DNA of 64,000 nt from positions 1 to 64,000 of the forward strand of contig DAOORA010000017.1 in assembly GCA_035389045.1 (NCBI GenBank), written 5' to 3'. Positions 9,787 to 18,561 of the stretch are shown here, piece by piece. The first letter of the stretch is position 1. The number at the start of each line of letters is the position of its first letter. The DNA comes from Bacteroidales bacterium. GTDB lineage: Bacteria; Bacteroidota; Bacteroidia; Bacteroidales; CAIWKO01. Position numbers and translations under genes: made by a program. Below the pieces are notes generated by a model that saw only the letters and a list, made by a program, of their open reading frames with translations, did no database searches and was not told where the DNA came from.

Positions 9787-12700
9787 ATGGAAAAAAAATC
9801 AAAATTTATCACATGCGACGGTAATTATGCGGCGTCGTATATTGCTTACATGTTTACCGAAGTAGCGTGCATTTATCCCATTACGCCATCGTCGAACATG
9901 GCCGAAAACATCGATGAATTTGCGGCTGCAGGAAAGAAAAATATTTTCGGCGAAACCGTTACCGTTTCTGAGATGCAGTCCGAAGCCGGCGCTGCAGGTG
10001 CATTGCACGGCGCTCTTCAGGCCGGAGCTTTGGGCGCAACATACACAGCATCACAAGGGCTGCTGTTGATGATTCCGAATATGTATAAAATCGCCGGTGA
10101 ATTATTACCGGGCGTACTACATGTGTCGGCCCGCAGCCTTGCTGCTCAGGCATTATCAATTTTTGGCGATCACAGCGATGTGATGGCTACCCGCAACACC
10201 GGTTTTGCCATGTTGGCTACCGGAAGCGTACAGGAAATAATGGATATCGCCGGTGTTGCACATTTTGCAGCCCTGAAATCACGTGTTCCCTTCCTGCATT
10301 TCTTTGATGGGTTCCGTACGTCTCATGAGGTACAGAAAGTCGAAGCTCCTGCGATGGAAGACATGGAAAAACTCCTTGACAAACAGGCATTGAAAGAATT
10401 CCGCGAAAGATCACTCAATCCTGAACATCCTGTAACGCGTGGTACAGCCCAGAACCCGGATATTTATTTCCAGACACGTGAAGTCGCCAACAAATTTTAT
10501 GATGCCGTTCCCGATATCGTAGAACATTATATGCAGGAAATGCAGAAAATAACGGGCAGGGAGTATCATCCTTTTACTTATTATGGTGCCCCTGACGCAG
10601 AAAATATCATTGTTGCCATGGGTTCCATTACCGAAACAATAAAAGAAGTGATTGATTATCTGGTGGCTAAAGGAGAAAAAGTGGGACTTATTACAGTTCA
10701 TTTGTATCGTCCTTTTTCGGAAAAATATTTTTTGAATGTTTATCCGAAAACCGCTAAAAGAATCACCGTGCTCGACCGCACCAAAGAACCCGGCGCCAAC
10801 GGCGATCCTTTGTATCTTGATGTGCGCGACCTGTTCTATAACAAACCCGGCGCACCCATGATCGTTGGCGGACGCTACGGTTTAAGTTCCAAAGATACCA
10901 CCCCGGCTATGATGCTTTCGGTGTTCGATAACATGAAAATGAACGAACCCAAAAATCAGTTTACCGTAGGTATCGTTGATGATGTTACCTTTAAATCGCT
11001 GCCCTTACTACCCGAAATCAGTGTTGCCCCTAAAGGAACCTACGAAGCCAAATTTTATGGGCTGGGTTCCGACGGTACAGTGGGCGCCAACAAAAATTCG
11101 ATAAAAATTATCAGCGAAACCACAGATAAGTATTGCCAGGCCTATTTTGCCTACGACTCCAAAAAATCAGGCGGTATCACCGTATCCCACCTGCGTTTTG
11201 GCGACAAGGCCATCAGATCGCCATATCTTGTTAATACCCCCAACTTTGTTGCCTGCCATGTTCCGGCCTATCTCGAAAAATACGATATGCTCAAAGGGCT
11301 CAAAAACGGCGGAACCTTCCTGTTGAACAGCATTTGGGATGTTGAAGAAACCAAATCACACTTGCCGAACCATATCAAGAAATACCTGGCCGCCAACAAT
11401 ATTAGTTTCTATATCATTAACGCCACTAAAATCGCGGAAGAAATTGGACTGGGAACCAGGACCAACACCATTATGCAAACAGCTTTTTTCAAAGTGTCGG
11501 AAGTAATTCCTTTCGATCTGGCTGTTGCTCAGATGAAAAAAGCCATCGAAAAAACCTATGGCCGTAAAGGTGAAGATGTAGTAAAAATGAACATCGCCTC
11601 TATCGACGACGCCATCAAGGGAGTGATCGAAGTGCCGGTACCTTCCGAATGGAAAAACCTCGACCGTGATGTGGCCAAAGAAAACAATGATGTTCCTGAT
11701 TTCATTAAAAATGTCTTCAACCCCATCAATGCACAAAAAGGCGATGACCTCCCGGTGAGCGCTTTTCTGGGCAGGGAAGACGGAACCTTCCCTTCAGGCA
11801 CTACCCGTTACGAAAAAAGAGGTATTGCCGTAAACGTCCCCGAATGGATACCCGAAAACTGTATACAGTGTAACCAGTGTGCCTTTGTTTGTCCCCACGC
11901 AGCTATCCGTCCGTTCCTGCTCAACGATGAGGATGTGAAAAATGCTCCCGCAGGCACCAAAACATTGAAGGCTGCCGGAAAAGAATTAGAAGGCCTGCAT
12001 TTCCGTATTCAGGTCAGTGTGCTGGATTGTACCGGATGCGAAAACTGCGCCGATGTTTGTCCTGCCAAGACCAAAGCCCTCGTAATGAAACCACTGGGTA
12101 CCCAGGAAGCAGAAATCGACCGCTTCACCTATATGGATAGCAAAGTAGGCTACAAAACCTCCAGCGTTGATATTTTTAAGATATTTAAAAACAGTCAGTT
12201 TGCTCAGCCACTGTTTGAGTTTTCGGGCGCCTGCGCCGGTTGCGGAGAAACCCCCTACATTAAATTGATTACCCAACTTTTTGGCGAAAGAATGATTGTG
12301 GCCAATGCTACAGGATGTTCTTCCATCTATGGCGGATCGGCTCCTTCAACGCCTTATTCCATTGCAAAATCAGGTAAGGGTGTTGCCTGGGCCAACTCGC
12401 TGTTCGAAGATAATGCTGAATATGGCTATGGCATCGAAACCGGCGTCAGGAAAATGCGTCAGCGTATCGAAAGACTGATGAAAACCGGTATGGATTCCGA
12501 TCTGCCGGCTGATATAAAAGAAGCTTTCAAGGCATGGCTCGAAGGTATGAATAATGCTGAAGCCTCTAAAGCAGCTTCTGAAAAAGTGCTGGCATTACTT
12601 GAAAAGTCAGAACATCCGTTGGCTAAACAAATTCTTGATCTTAAAGATTACCTGGTGAAAAAATCGGTCTGGATTTTTGGCGGCGACGGATGGGCTTATG

Positions 12701-13323
12701 ATATCGGTTATGGCGGGCTCGACCATGTGCTTGCCTCCGGCAACGATGTCAATATGTTGGTTCTTGATACCGAAGTGTACTCCAATACTGGCGGACAGGC
12801 TTCCAAATCAACACCTATTGCTGCGGTGGCAAAATTTGCCGCTTCCGGAAAACGTATCCGCAAAAAAGACTTAGGCATGATGGCCATGTCTTATGGGTAT
12901 GTATATGTTGCACAGGTGGCTATCGGAGCAAGCTATGCACAGTATTTCAAAGCTATAAAAGAAGCCGAAGCGTACCCCGGACCCTCCTTGATCATTGCCT
13001 ATGCTCCCTGTATCAACCACGGGCTGCGCGCCGGAATGGGTAAATCACAGCAGGAAGCGGAACGCGCTGTGGAGGCCGGATACTGGCACCTGTACCGCTA
13101 TAACCCCCTGTTGGAAAACGAAGGCAAAAATCCCTTTACCCTCGACTCGAAAGAGCCTAAATGGGAAGAATTCCAGAACTTCCTCGCCGGAGAAGTCCGC
13201 TACACCTCATTGAAAAGCACCTTCCCCGAAGAAGCGGAAGCCTTGTTCAAAGCAGCTGAAGAAAATGCCAAATGGAGGTATAAGAGCTATGTGATGAAAG
13301 CTCAAATGAAATACGATAATTAG
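9787..13323 (+). CDS. nifJ: Pyruvate:ferredoxin (flavodoxin) oxidoreductase
   Basis: 'YPITPSS', 'GLGSDGTVGANKN', two CxxCxxCxxxCP ferredoxin motifs, 'GACAGCGE', TPP-binding 'GGDGWAYDIG'; 1178 aa. Confidence 0.98.
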   Translation: MEKKSKFITCDGNYAASYIAYMFTEVACIYPITPSSNMAENIDEFAAAGKKNIFGETVTVSEMQSEAGAAGALHGALQAGALGATYTASQGLLLMIPNMYKIAGELLPGVLHVSARSLAAQALSIFGDHSDVMATRNTGFAMLATGSVQEIMDIAGVAHFAALKSRVPFLHFFDGFRTSHEVQKVEAPAMEDMEKLLDKQALKEFRERSLNPEHPVTRGTAQNPDIYFQTREVANKFYDAVPDIVEHYMQEMQKITGREYHPFTYYGAPDAENIIVAMGSITETIKEVIDYLVAKGEKVGLITVHLYRPFSEKYFLNVYPKTAKRITVLDRTKEPGANGDPLYLDVRDLFYNKPGAPMIVGGRYGLSSKDTTPAMMLSVFDNMKMNEPKNQFTVGIVDDVTFKSLPLLPEISVAPKGTYEAKFYGLGSDGTVGANKNSIKIISETTDKYCQAYFAYDSKKSGGITVSHLRFGDKAIRSPYLVNTPNFVACHVPAYLEKYDMLKGLKNGGTFLLNSIWDVEETKSHLPNHIKKYLAANNISFYIINATKIAEEIGLGTRTNTIMQTAFFKVSEVIPFDLAVAQMKKAIEKTYGRKGEDVVKMNIASIDDAIKGVIEVPVPSEWKNLDRDVAKENNDVPDFIKNVFNPINAQKGDDLPVSAFLGREDGTFPSGTTRYEKRGIAVNVPEWIPENCIQCNQCAFVCPHAAIRPFLLNDEDVKNAPAGTKTLKAAGKELEGLHFRIQVSVLDCTGCENCADVCPAKTKALVMKPLGTQEAEIDRFTYMDSKVGYKTSSVDIFKIFKNSQFAQPLFEFSGACAGCGETPYIKLITQLFGERMIVANATGCSSIYGGSAPSTPYSIAKSGKGVAWANSLFEDNAEYGYGIETGVRKMRQRIERLMKTGMDSDLPADIKEAFKAWLEGMNNAEASKAASEKVLALLEKSEHPLAKQILDLKDYLVKKSVWIFGGDGWAYDIGYGGLDHVLASGNDVNMLVLDTEVYSNTGGQASKSTPIAAVAKFAASGKRIRKKDLGMMAMSYGYVYVAQVAIGASYAQYFKAIKEAEAYPGPSLIIAYAPCINHGLRAGMGKSQQEAERAVEAGYWHLYRYNPLLENEGKNPFTLDSKEPKWEEFQNFLAGEVRYTSLKSTFPEEAEALFKAAEENAKWRYKSYVMKAQMKYDN

Positions 13324-13336
13324 AATTTTCATTCTT

Positions 13337-13374
13337 CAAAAAAATCCAGACAAATATTGCCTGGATTTTTTTTG
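13337..13374 (+). terminator. Rho-independent terminator after nifJ
   Basis: CAAAAAAATCCAGACAA-ATA-TTGCCTGGATTTTTTTTG hairpin with a T run, about 13 nt after the stop. Confidence 0.8.
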
Positions 13375-13499
13375 ATGTTTTATCCTGCCGGCGGGTGTGT
13401 TTTGTACAGAGCGTGTTTTTGTTTTTATCAGGAAAAAAACAGGCAAGTATTTATAAAACATACTTATAAAATTATTATCTTGCAAACAAATTGAGCTAA

Positions 13500-13700
13500 T
13501 TGAAAATCCGTATCAACAGAACCGAACTTGTACTGTTCAGAGGAGCTACCATTGCCGATGCCGTTCACATTTATTATGCGCTGCACGGAAAAAAAATTCC
13601 GAAGATTTTTCCGGCAGTAAAAGACCGTTTTGGAAATTTTGTGGCCCCCGACGGCAGACTCACCGACGGTAATCAACTGTATATAAAAACAATAAAATAA
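13500..13700 (+). CDS. Small hypothetical protein, possibly beta-grasp (ThiS-like) fold
   Basis: 66 aa with TTG start, 4 nt upstream of the nucleotidase gene. Pattern 'MKIRIN...GATIADAV...LTDGNQLYI'. Confidence 0.55.
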   Translation: MKIRINRTELVLFRGATIADAVHIYYALHGKKIPKIFPAVKDRFGNFVAPDGRLTDGNQLYIKTIK

Positions 13701-13704
13701 AGAT

Positions 13705-15195
13705 ATGAAACAATCTGTTATTTGTTTGAAAATCATTCGCGTGGTCCCCGTAGTGTTTATGGCTGTTATGGTGGCCTGTCAACCGGTACGTCAAACCTCT
13801 CAAAAAATTCCCGTAACCAGGCATGTGGAATTTCTGGCTGTAAATGACATGCATGCCGCTATCGACAACTTTCCGCATTTTGCATTCATTGTGGATAGCC
13901 TGCGGACCCTTTATCCGGATATGTTGCTTGTTTCGGCCGGCGACAACCAGACGGGCAATCCGGCAAACGATCAGTATAAGGAAAAGGGCATGCCCATGAT
14001 AGAACTGATGAATGCCGTTAATTTCGACATTTCGGCGGTTGGCAACCACGAATTTGATTCTAAACCGGATGGTTTTGCGAAAAATACGCAAAAGGCCGGT
14101 TTTGATTTTATCGGATCCAATATCTTGTTGCCCGAAGGCAATGGCTACCGCATCAGGCCCTTTAAAATAATTACTACAAAGAATGGCGTACGGATAGCCT
14201 TTGTTTCGCTTTTAAATATCAACGAGGGCGGCATCCCCGACTCTCACCCCGATAATGTAAAAGAGTTTCGTTTCAAGGAACCTTATGCCACGGCTAAGGA
14301 ATACCTTTTTCTGTCCGACAGTTGCCAGGTTTTTGTTTTTCTTAACCACATGGGCTTTGAAGAGGATGTGGCATTGGCCGGACAGCTGCCTGCAGGAAAA
14401 GTAGATCTGATCATTGGCGGACATTCGCATACACGCGTGGATAAAGAACAGATACATAATGGCATCCTTATCACACAGGCAGAACGCAAACTCAAATATG
14501 CCACCCTTATAAAACTCACCCTGAACGATAAACGGGTGGAAACTAAAACCATGCAACTGCTGACTATTGGGAATAAAGGTAATGTACGAAGCGATATCCG
14601 CGATATGGTGAGCAAATACAACAATAACCCTTCACTCAGCGAAACCATTGCCGAGGCCACTGCGGATTTTACTTCCTACGAGCAGGTGGGCTACCTGATG
14701 GTTGATGGCATACGTGCGGCAGCTGGGGCAGATATCGCACTGGCAAACCCGGGTGGTGTGCGTATCGACCATTTGAACAAAGGCTACGTAAGCGTAAAAG
14801 ATATTTATACCATGGATCCCTTTGGCAACGAGATGGTATTGTTTAAACTCAGCGGACACGAACTCAGGGCGCTGCATCTGGCGGCCTTCACCATTGACGA
14901 CAGCAGCGCCATTTATCCTTCGGGAATGAAATCAAAATATCAGCTCACCGATAAGGGCGCACTGGCCGATGTGCAGTTTTTTACCAACGACGGCAAACCC
15001 CTCGAAATGGATAAAACATACACCGTGGTCATGAACAATTATATGTCTTCGGTATATAATTACGAACACCAAGATAGCGGGCACGGTTTATTCAGAACTA
15101 CCGCAGAAGGCATCATAGATTATTTGAAAAAGTTGAAAAAAATTCCTGATTATCAGGGAGAAAAAAGGGTGGAAGTTATAAAAACCGGTAAATAA
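13705..15195 (+). CDS. 5'-nucleotidase / UDP-sugar hydrolase family lipoprotein
   Basis: Metallophosphoesterase motifs 'NDMH', 'AGD', 'GNHEFD', 'HMG', 'GGHSH'; C-terminal 'NPGGVR' and 'PFGN'; lipobox 'MVAC'. Confidence 0.92.
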   Translation: MKQSVICLKIIRVVPVVFMAVMVACQPVRQTSQKIPVTRHVEFLAVNDMHAAIDNFPHFAFIVDSLRTLYPDMLLVSAGDNQTGNPANDQYKEKGMPMIELMNAVNFDISAVGNHEFDSKPDGFAKNTQKAGFDFIGSNILLPEGNGYRIRPFKIITTKNGVRIAFVSLLNINEGGIPDSHPDNVKEFRFKEPYATAKEYLFLSDSCQVFVFLNHMGFEEDVALAGQLPAGKVDLIIGGHSHTRVDKEQIHNGILITQAERKLKYATLIKLTLNDKRVETKTMQLLTIGNKGNVRSDIRDMVSKYNNNPSLSETIAEATADFTSYEQVGYLMVDGIRAAAGADIALANPGGVRIDHLNKGYVSVKDIYTMDPFGNEMVLFKLSGHELRALHLAAFTIDDSSAIYPSGMKSKYQLTDKGALADVQFFTNDGKPLEMDKTYTVVMNNYMSSVYNYEHQDSGHGLFRTTAEGIIDYLKKLKKIPDYQGEKRVEVIKTGK

Positions 15196-15329
15196 ACGGA
15201 CGTGATTTGTAGCTTGTTTTAAAAATTTCTGATGGAAAAATATCGGATTTTATGTTATTATAGCCGAAGATTTAAAAAACAAAAGAATTAATGCCCTAAT
15301 TTTACACAAAAAGATCAAAGCAACAGAAA

Positions 15330-16145
15330 ATGAAAAAATCTCACCTTCTGCTTATTACCGGTATGTTGTTTTTTGCCGCATCCGGATGTAAAAATGTGGA
15401 ACAAGCCACTGCTCCGGTTTATCCCGGCGAAGTACAGAATAACGATTACATGGAGCTGGCCATATTGTATCATCAGCGGTCTGCCGAGATAAAAGCCCTG
15501 TATTACCAGTCGTTTAACCTGGCAAAACTGATGTTTGAAGAGGATCTCGCCAATAAAAATGTGGCCAAAAAACGTGCAATAGTTGTGGATATTGACGAAA
15601 CCATGCTCGACAACAGTCCCTATGAAGCAGAATGTGTTATGGGCGGAATTACCTATCCTGTGAAATGGGATGAATGGGTTAATAAAGGCACTGCTGATGC
15701 CTTGCCCGGTGCTGTCGACCTATTGAATTTCTTTGCCGGTAAAGGCGCGGAAGTGTTTTATGTTTCCAACCGCACGGAAGACCAGCGCGAAGGAACGTTG
15801 AAAAATCTGAAAGAAAAAGGCTTTCCTTATGCCGACAATCAGCACCTGAAGCTGAAAACAAAAACCTCGACCAAAGAAATATACAGGCAGCAGATAGCAG
15901 AAAACTTTCATATCAGCCTGCTGATAGGTGATAACCTGTCGGATTTTGTCAGCGGTTTCGAAAAACAGCCTTCCGGTATCAGAGATTACAAAGTTGACAG
16001 TTTAAGAAACGAATTCGGAAAGCGCTTTGTGATATTGCCCAATGCCATGTATGGCGACTGGGAATCGGCTCTTTATAATTACAACTATAAGCAAACAGAA
16101 AAACAAAAGGACAGTTGCCGGAAAGCGAATCTGAAAGGATTTTAA
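15330..16145 (+). CDS. 5'-nucleotidase / acid phosphatase lipoprotein, e(P4) family (class C HAD)
   Basis: Lipobox 'ASGC', 'VDIDETMLDNSPY', 'YVSNR', 'IGDNLSDF', 'LPNAMYGDWE'. Confidence 0.93.
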   Translation: MKKSHLLLITGMLFFAASGCKNVEQATAPVYPGEVQNNDYMELAILYHQRSAEIKALYYQSFNLAKLMFEEDLANKNVAKKRAIVVDIDETMLDNSPYEAECVMGGITYPVKWDEWVNKGTADALPGAVDLLNFFAGKGAEVFYVSNRTEDQREGTLKNLKEKGFPYADNQHLKLKTKTSTKEIYRQQIAENFHISLLIGDNLSDFVSGFEKQPSGIRDYKVDSLRNEFGKRFVILPNAMYGDWESALYNYNYKQTEKQKDSCRKANLKGF

Positions 16146-16182
16146 TATGTCTGTTATGCAGGCCTGAAATCCTTAACAATTG

Positions 16183-16250
16183 TCTGTTTTAGCAGCCCTG
16201 ACCTGATAGTCCTGCTATGCCGGACCGCTGACCGGGGCTGCAGAAACAGA
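16183..16250. other. GC-rich hairpin between convergent genes (possible bidirectional terminator or mRNA stabiliser)
   Basis: TCTGTTTTAGCAGCCCTG ... CGGGGCTGCAGAAACAGA outer stem with an inner GTCC/GGAC pair. Confidence 0.45.
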
Positions 16251-16258
16251 TCGCTGCT

Positions 16259-17038
16259 TTATTCTTCTCTCAGATCGTAATCCACATCGTCAAAATATAA
16301 TAACTCCGGGGATTTTTTTGCTTTTGCCGGAGTCATCAGATCCATTGGACGCAACATTCTTGTTTTAAATACCGGATCGGTAAAGATGCTGCTTCTGATC
16401 TTTTTCATTTTAAACAGGGGGGTAATTCCCTGTTCAGCAACTATTTTTGTGTACAGGTCTTTTGAAAAAGCACATTCAAGATTAAGACTGGCATCTGCAA
16501 TATCCAATTTTGCTGTCGAAATATCGGCTTTGGCTTTTAATTCAATTTTAGCATCCTGCGAACTTGAAATAATTATTGTCGCAGAGTCTGCTGTGACCAA
16601 TTCAGTAATTACAGCCCAGTCTTTATCCCATTCGCCCTGCTGGTAACGCTGGATTATTTCTTTTCCGAGCTTGATCTGGTCGCTGATGCAGGGGCTTAAA
16701 GTTCCGTTGGCTTTGAATAAAATGGCATTTTCCTGAGAAAAACTGATGGAAAATCCCGCATCCCCATTGGCAAGTACGCTTCCCAAAGCCGGTACCGTGC
16801 CGGCAATTTTTGTCATTACGGATACCTCGCCCTTTGTCATATGTTCCAGGTCGGTTTTTGTAGTATCTTCTTTGATCTGGAAAACGATGCCTTCATTTTT
16901 GAGATTCGAAATTTTAGTGAACTCGTTGTTTTTAAATAACCCGATATCTCCCAATTCTAAGGGAGTGCCCGGAAGCCATGTGGCAAAATAATCGAATTGT
17001 CTGTACAACTCGTTTGTGTACTTTTTTACTGTTTTCAT
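16259..17038 (-). CDS. Gasdermin-like pore-forming protein (putative bacterial gasdermin)
   Basis: 259 aa, no signal peptide. N-terminal 'WLPGTPLELGDIG' (P..GD motif), amphipathic beta-hairpin segments, 'WAVITELVTADSATIIISSSQDAKIELKAKA' resembling the gasdermin 'V(V/I)T' strand, and a short acidic/aromatic C-terminal tail. Recognition by eye only. Confidence 0.65.
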   Translation of the reverse strand: MKTVKKYTNELYRQFDYFATWLPGTPLELGDIGLFKNNEFTKISNLKNEGIVFQIKEDTTKTDLEHMTKGEVSVMTKIAGTVPALGSVLANGDAGFSISFSQENAILFKANGTLSPCISDQIKLGKEIIQRYQQGEWDKDWAVITELVTADSATIIISSSQDAKIELKAKADISTAKLDIADASLNLECAFSKDLYTKIVAEQGITPLFKMKKIRSSIFTDPVFKTRMLRPMDLMTPAKAKKSPELLYFDDVDYDLREE

Positions 17039-17179
17039 AATTAATTAAATTTAAATGTTTGTTAGTGTGTCTGTTATTTGTTGTTTTTGATTGTTATTTG
17101 TTCTGTGTCCTTGTTAATGGCTTATAGCTAATTTTTTTATTACTTTCATGATATAAATACGAATTTAAATCATCAGAAA

Positions 17180-18532
17180 TTATAATTTTTCAGCAACCCA
17201 GCAATGAACATTCGACTGAAACATCTTTTCCTGCGCAAAATTAGCGGCAATACAGCTTCCGCGGCAGTCGGCAAGCCAGTCGCAGCGCCGGCAGGGGCCA
17301 TCAATATCTTCCGTAACAAGGCTTCTGAAATAATTAAGTATACGAGATTCATACCAGATGTCCACAAAATTCTTTTCCATAACATTGAAGGTAGCTGCTC
17401 CTTCAAAAAAGTTACAGGGTAATACGTTACCTTGTGCTGTAATGGTGCAGTATGCTATTGCCCCGTCGCAGCCGATATGCTGGACCGAGGGATGCTGTTT
17501 CTGAGCTGCAGGGGGGCGGAGCGTACATTCAAATTCCATGGGTATCAGCTCCAGCCCGACTTCCTTTTTCAGCTTATAAAGAGTCTGTGTGAGTTTTCGC
17601 ATCCTTTGGGGTTTGATCTCGAGGTCGCGGAATTCAGATCCCCGGCCAAAGGTAACAAAGGGCATGATTCTGAATGAACTGACCCCCAGATTTTTAACAA
17701 ATTTGAAAAGATGGGGAATCTCATTAACATTAAGACGGGTCACCACGGCAGCCACCGAAACCCAGGCACCTTCGCGGATAAGATTTTTTATGCCCGAAAC
17801 GGTTTTATTCCACGATCCTTTTTTATTTCTGAATTTTTCATGCGTTTCAGGGTTTATGGCATCAAGACTGATCTGGGAGTACAGGCCAAGTCCTGCAATT
17901 TTTTTCGCCACTTCCCGTGTAATAAGAGTTGCGTTGGATGCCAGCTGAATGGAAAGCCCTTTTTTAACCGCATATGCTGCAATAGTAAAAAAATCAGGGC
18001 GTACCAGCGGCTCGCCTCCGCTCAGGATTAACTGTTGAACACCGAAACCTGCCATTTCATCAATGAGGCTCAGGCATTTTTTCAGTGGGAGTTGTTCTTT
18101 GCGGTCAGGCCCGGAATCAACCACGCAATGACGGCATTTAAGGTTGCAGCGGGAAGTGATATCCCACAGGACTGCTATGGGCGGAGGAGGCTGGTAATAC
18201 TGCATCCGCTTTTTGCGCCACCAGATGAAACCCTTTTTCGTCAGCTTGTCCATGAACAATTCTGTTTTCTGACGTGTTTCGGAATATGGCGTTTTAAAAG
18301 CCTTTGCTGTTTGAAGGACGATCTCGTAAAAAGTGTGATATCCGTCGCAAAGGTTTACGATCCAGCTTCCTGACTCATTCAGAAAAAGCTCCGTCCCGTT
18401 CACAGGGTGGCAGATCCTTCGGGATCCATCGCCGGTGATTCTGAAAGGGAAAAAAGGAACGCCGTCCGAAGGGTATACATCTCGTAATTTCTCTGATTTC
18501 TCAGAGAAGTTCTTCCCGCTGCACCTATCCAT
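17180..18532 (-). CDS. PqqD/RRE-fused radical SAM/SPASM peptide maturase
   Basis: N-terminal PqqD-like 'LNESGSWIVNLCDGYHTFYEI...FMDKLTKKGFI', 'CNLKCRHC' (CX3CX2C), 'SGGEPL', and SPASM 'CDG...GNVLPC...CRRCDWLADCRGSC...C'. Confidence 0.93.
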   Translation of the reverse strand: MDRCSGKNFSEKSEKLRDVYPSDGVPFFPFRITGDGSRRICHPVNGTELFLNESGSWIVNLCDGYHTFYEIVLQTAKAFKTPYSETRQKTELFMDKLTKKGFIWWRKKRMQYYQPPPPIAVLWDITSRCNLKCRHCVVDSGPDRKEQLPLKKCLSLIDEMAGFGVQQLILSGGEPLVRPDFFTIAAYAVKKGLSIQLASNATLITREVAKKIAGLGLYSQISLDAINPETHEKFRNKKGSWNKTVSGIKNLIREGAWVSVAAVVTRLNVNEIPHLFKFVKNLGVSSFRIMPFVTFGRGSEFRDLEIKPQRMRKLTQTLYKLKKEVGLELIPMEFECTLRPPAAQKQHPSVQHIGCDGAIAYCTITAQGNVLPCNFFEGAATFNVMEKNFVDIWYESRILNYFRSLVTEDIDGPCRRCDWLADCRGSCIAANFAQEKMFQSNVHCWVAEKL

Positions 18533-18561
18533 TATAAAAATAATAAATACTTGAAAAACAA

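Noticed and set aside
9799..13213. Numerous short antisense or alternative-frame ORFs inside nifJ and other long genes
   Set aside because: They are fully nested in well-supported CDSs and have no motifs, as expected for shadow ORFs.
17173..17406. 77-aa overlapping ORF at the rSAM 3' end as a precursor peptide
   Set aside because: It lies almost entirely within the SPASM coding region in another frame and has no leader/core pattern.
17180..18532. Annotation as pqqE, mftC or nirJ/ahb
   Set aside because: No partner genes of those pathways are nearby, so only a generic RRE-rSAM-SPASM call is supportable.
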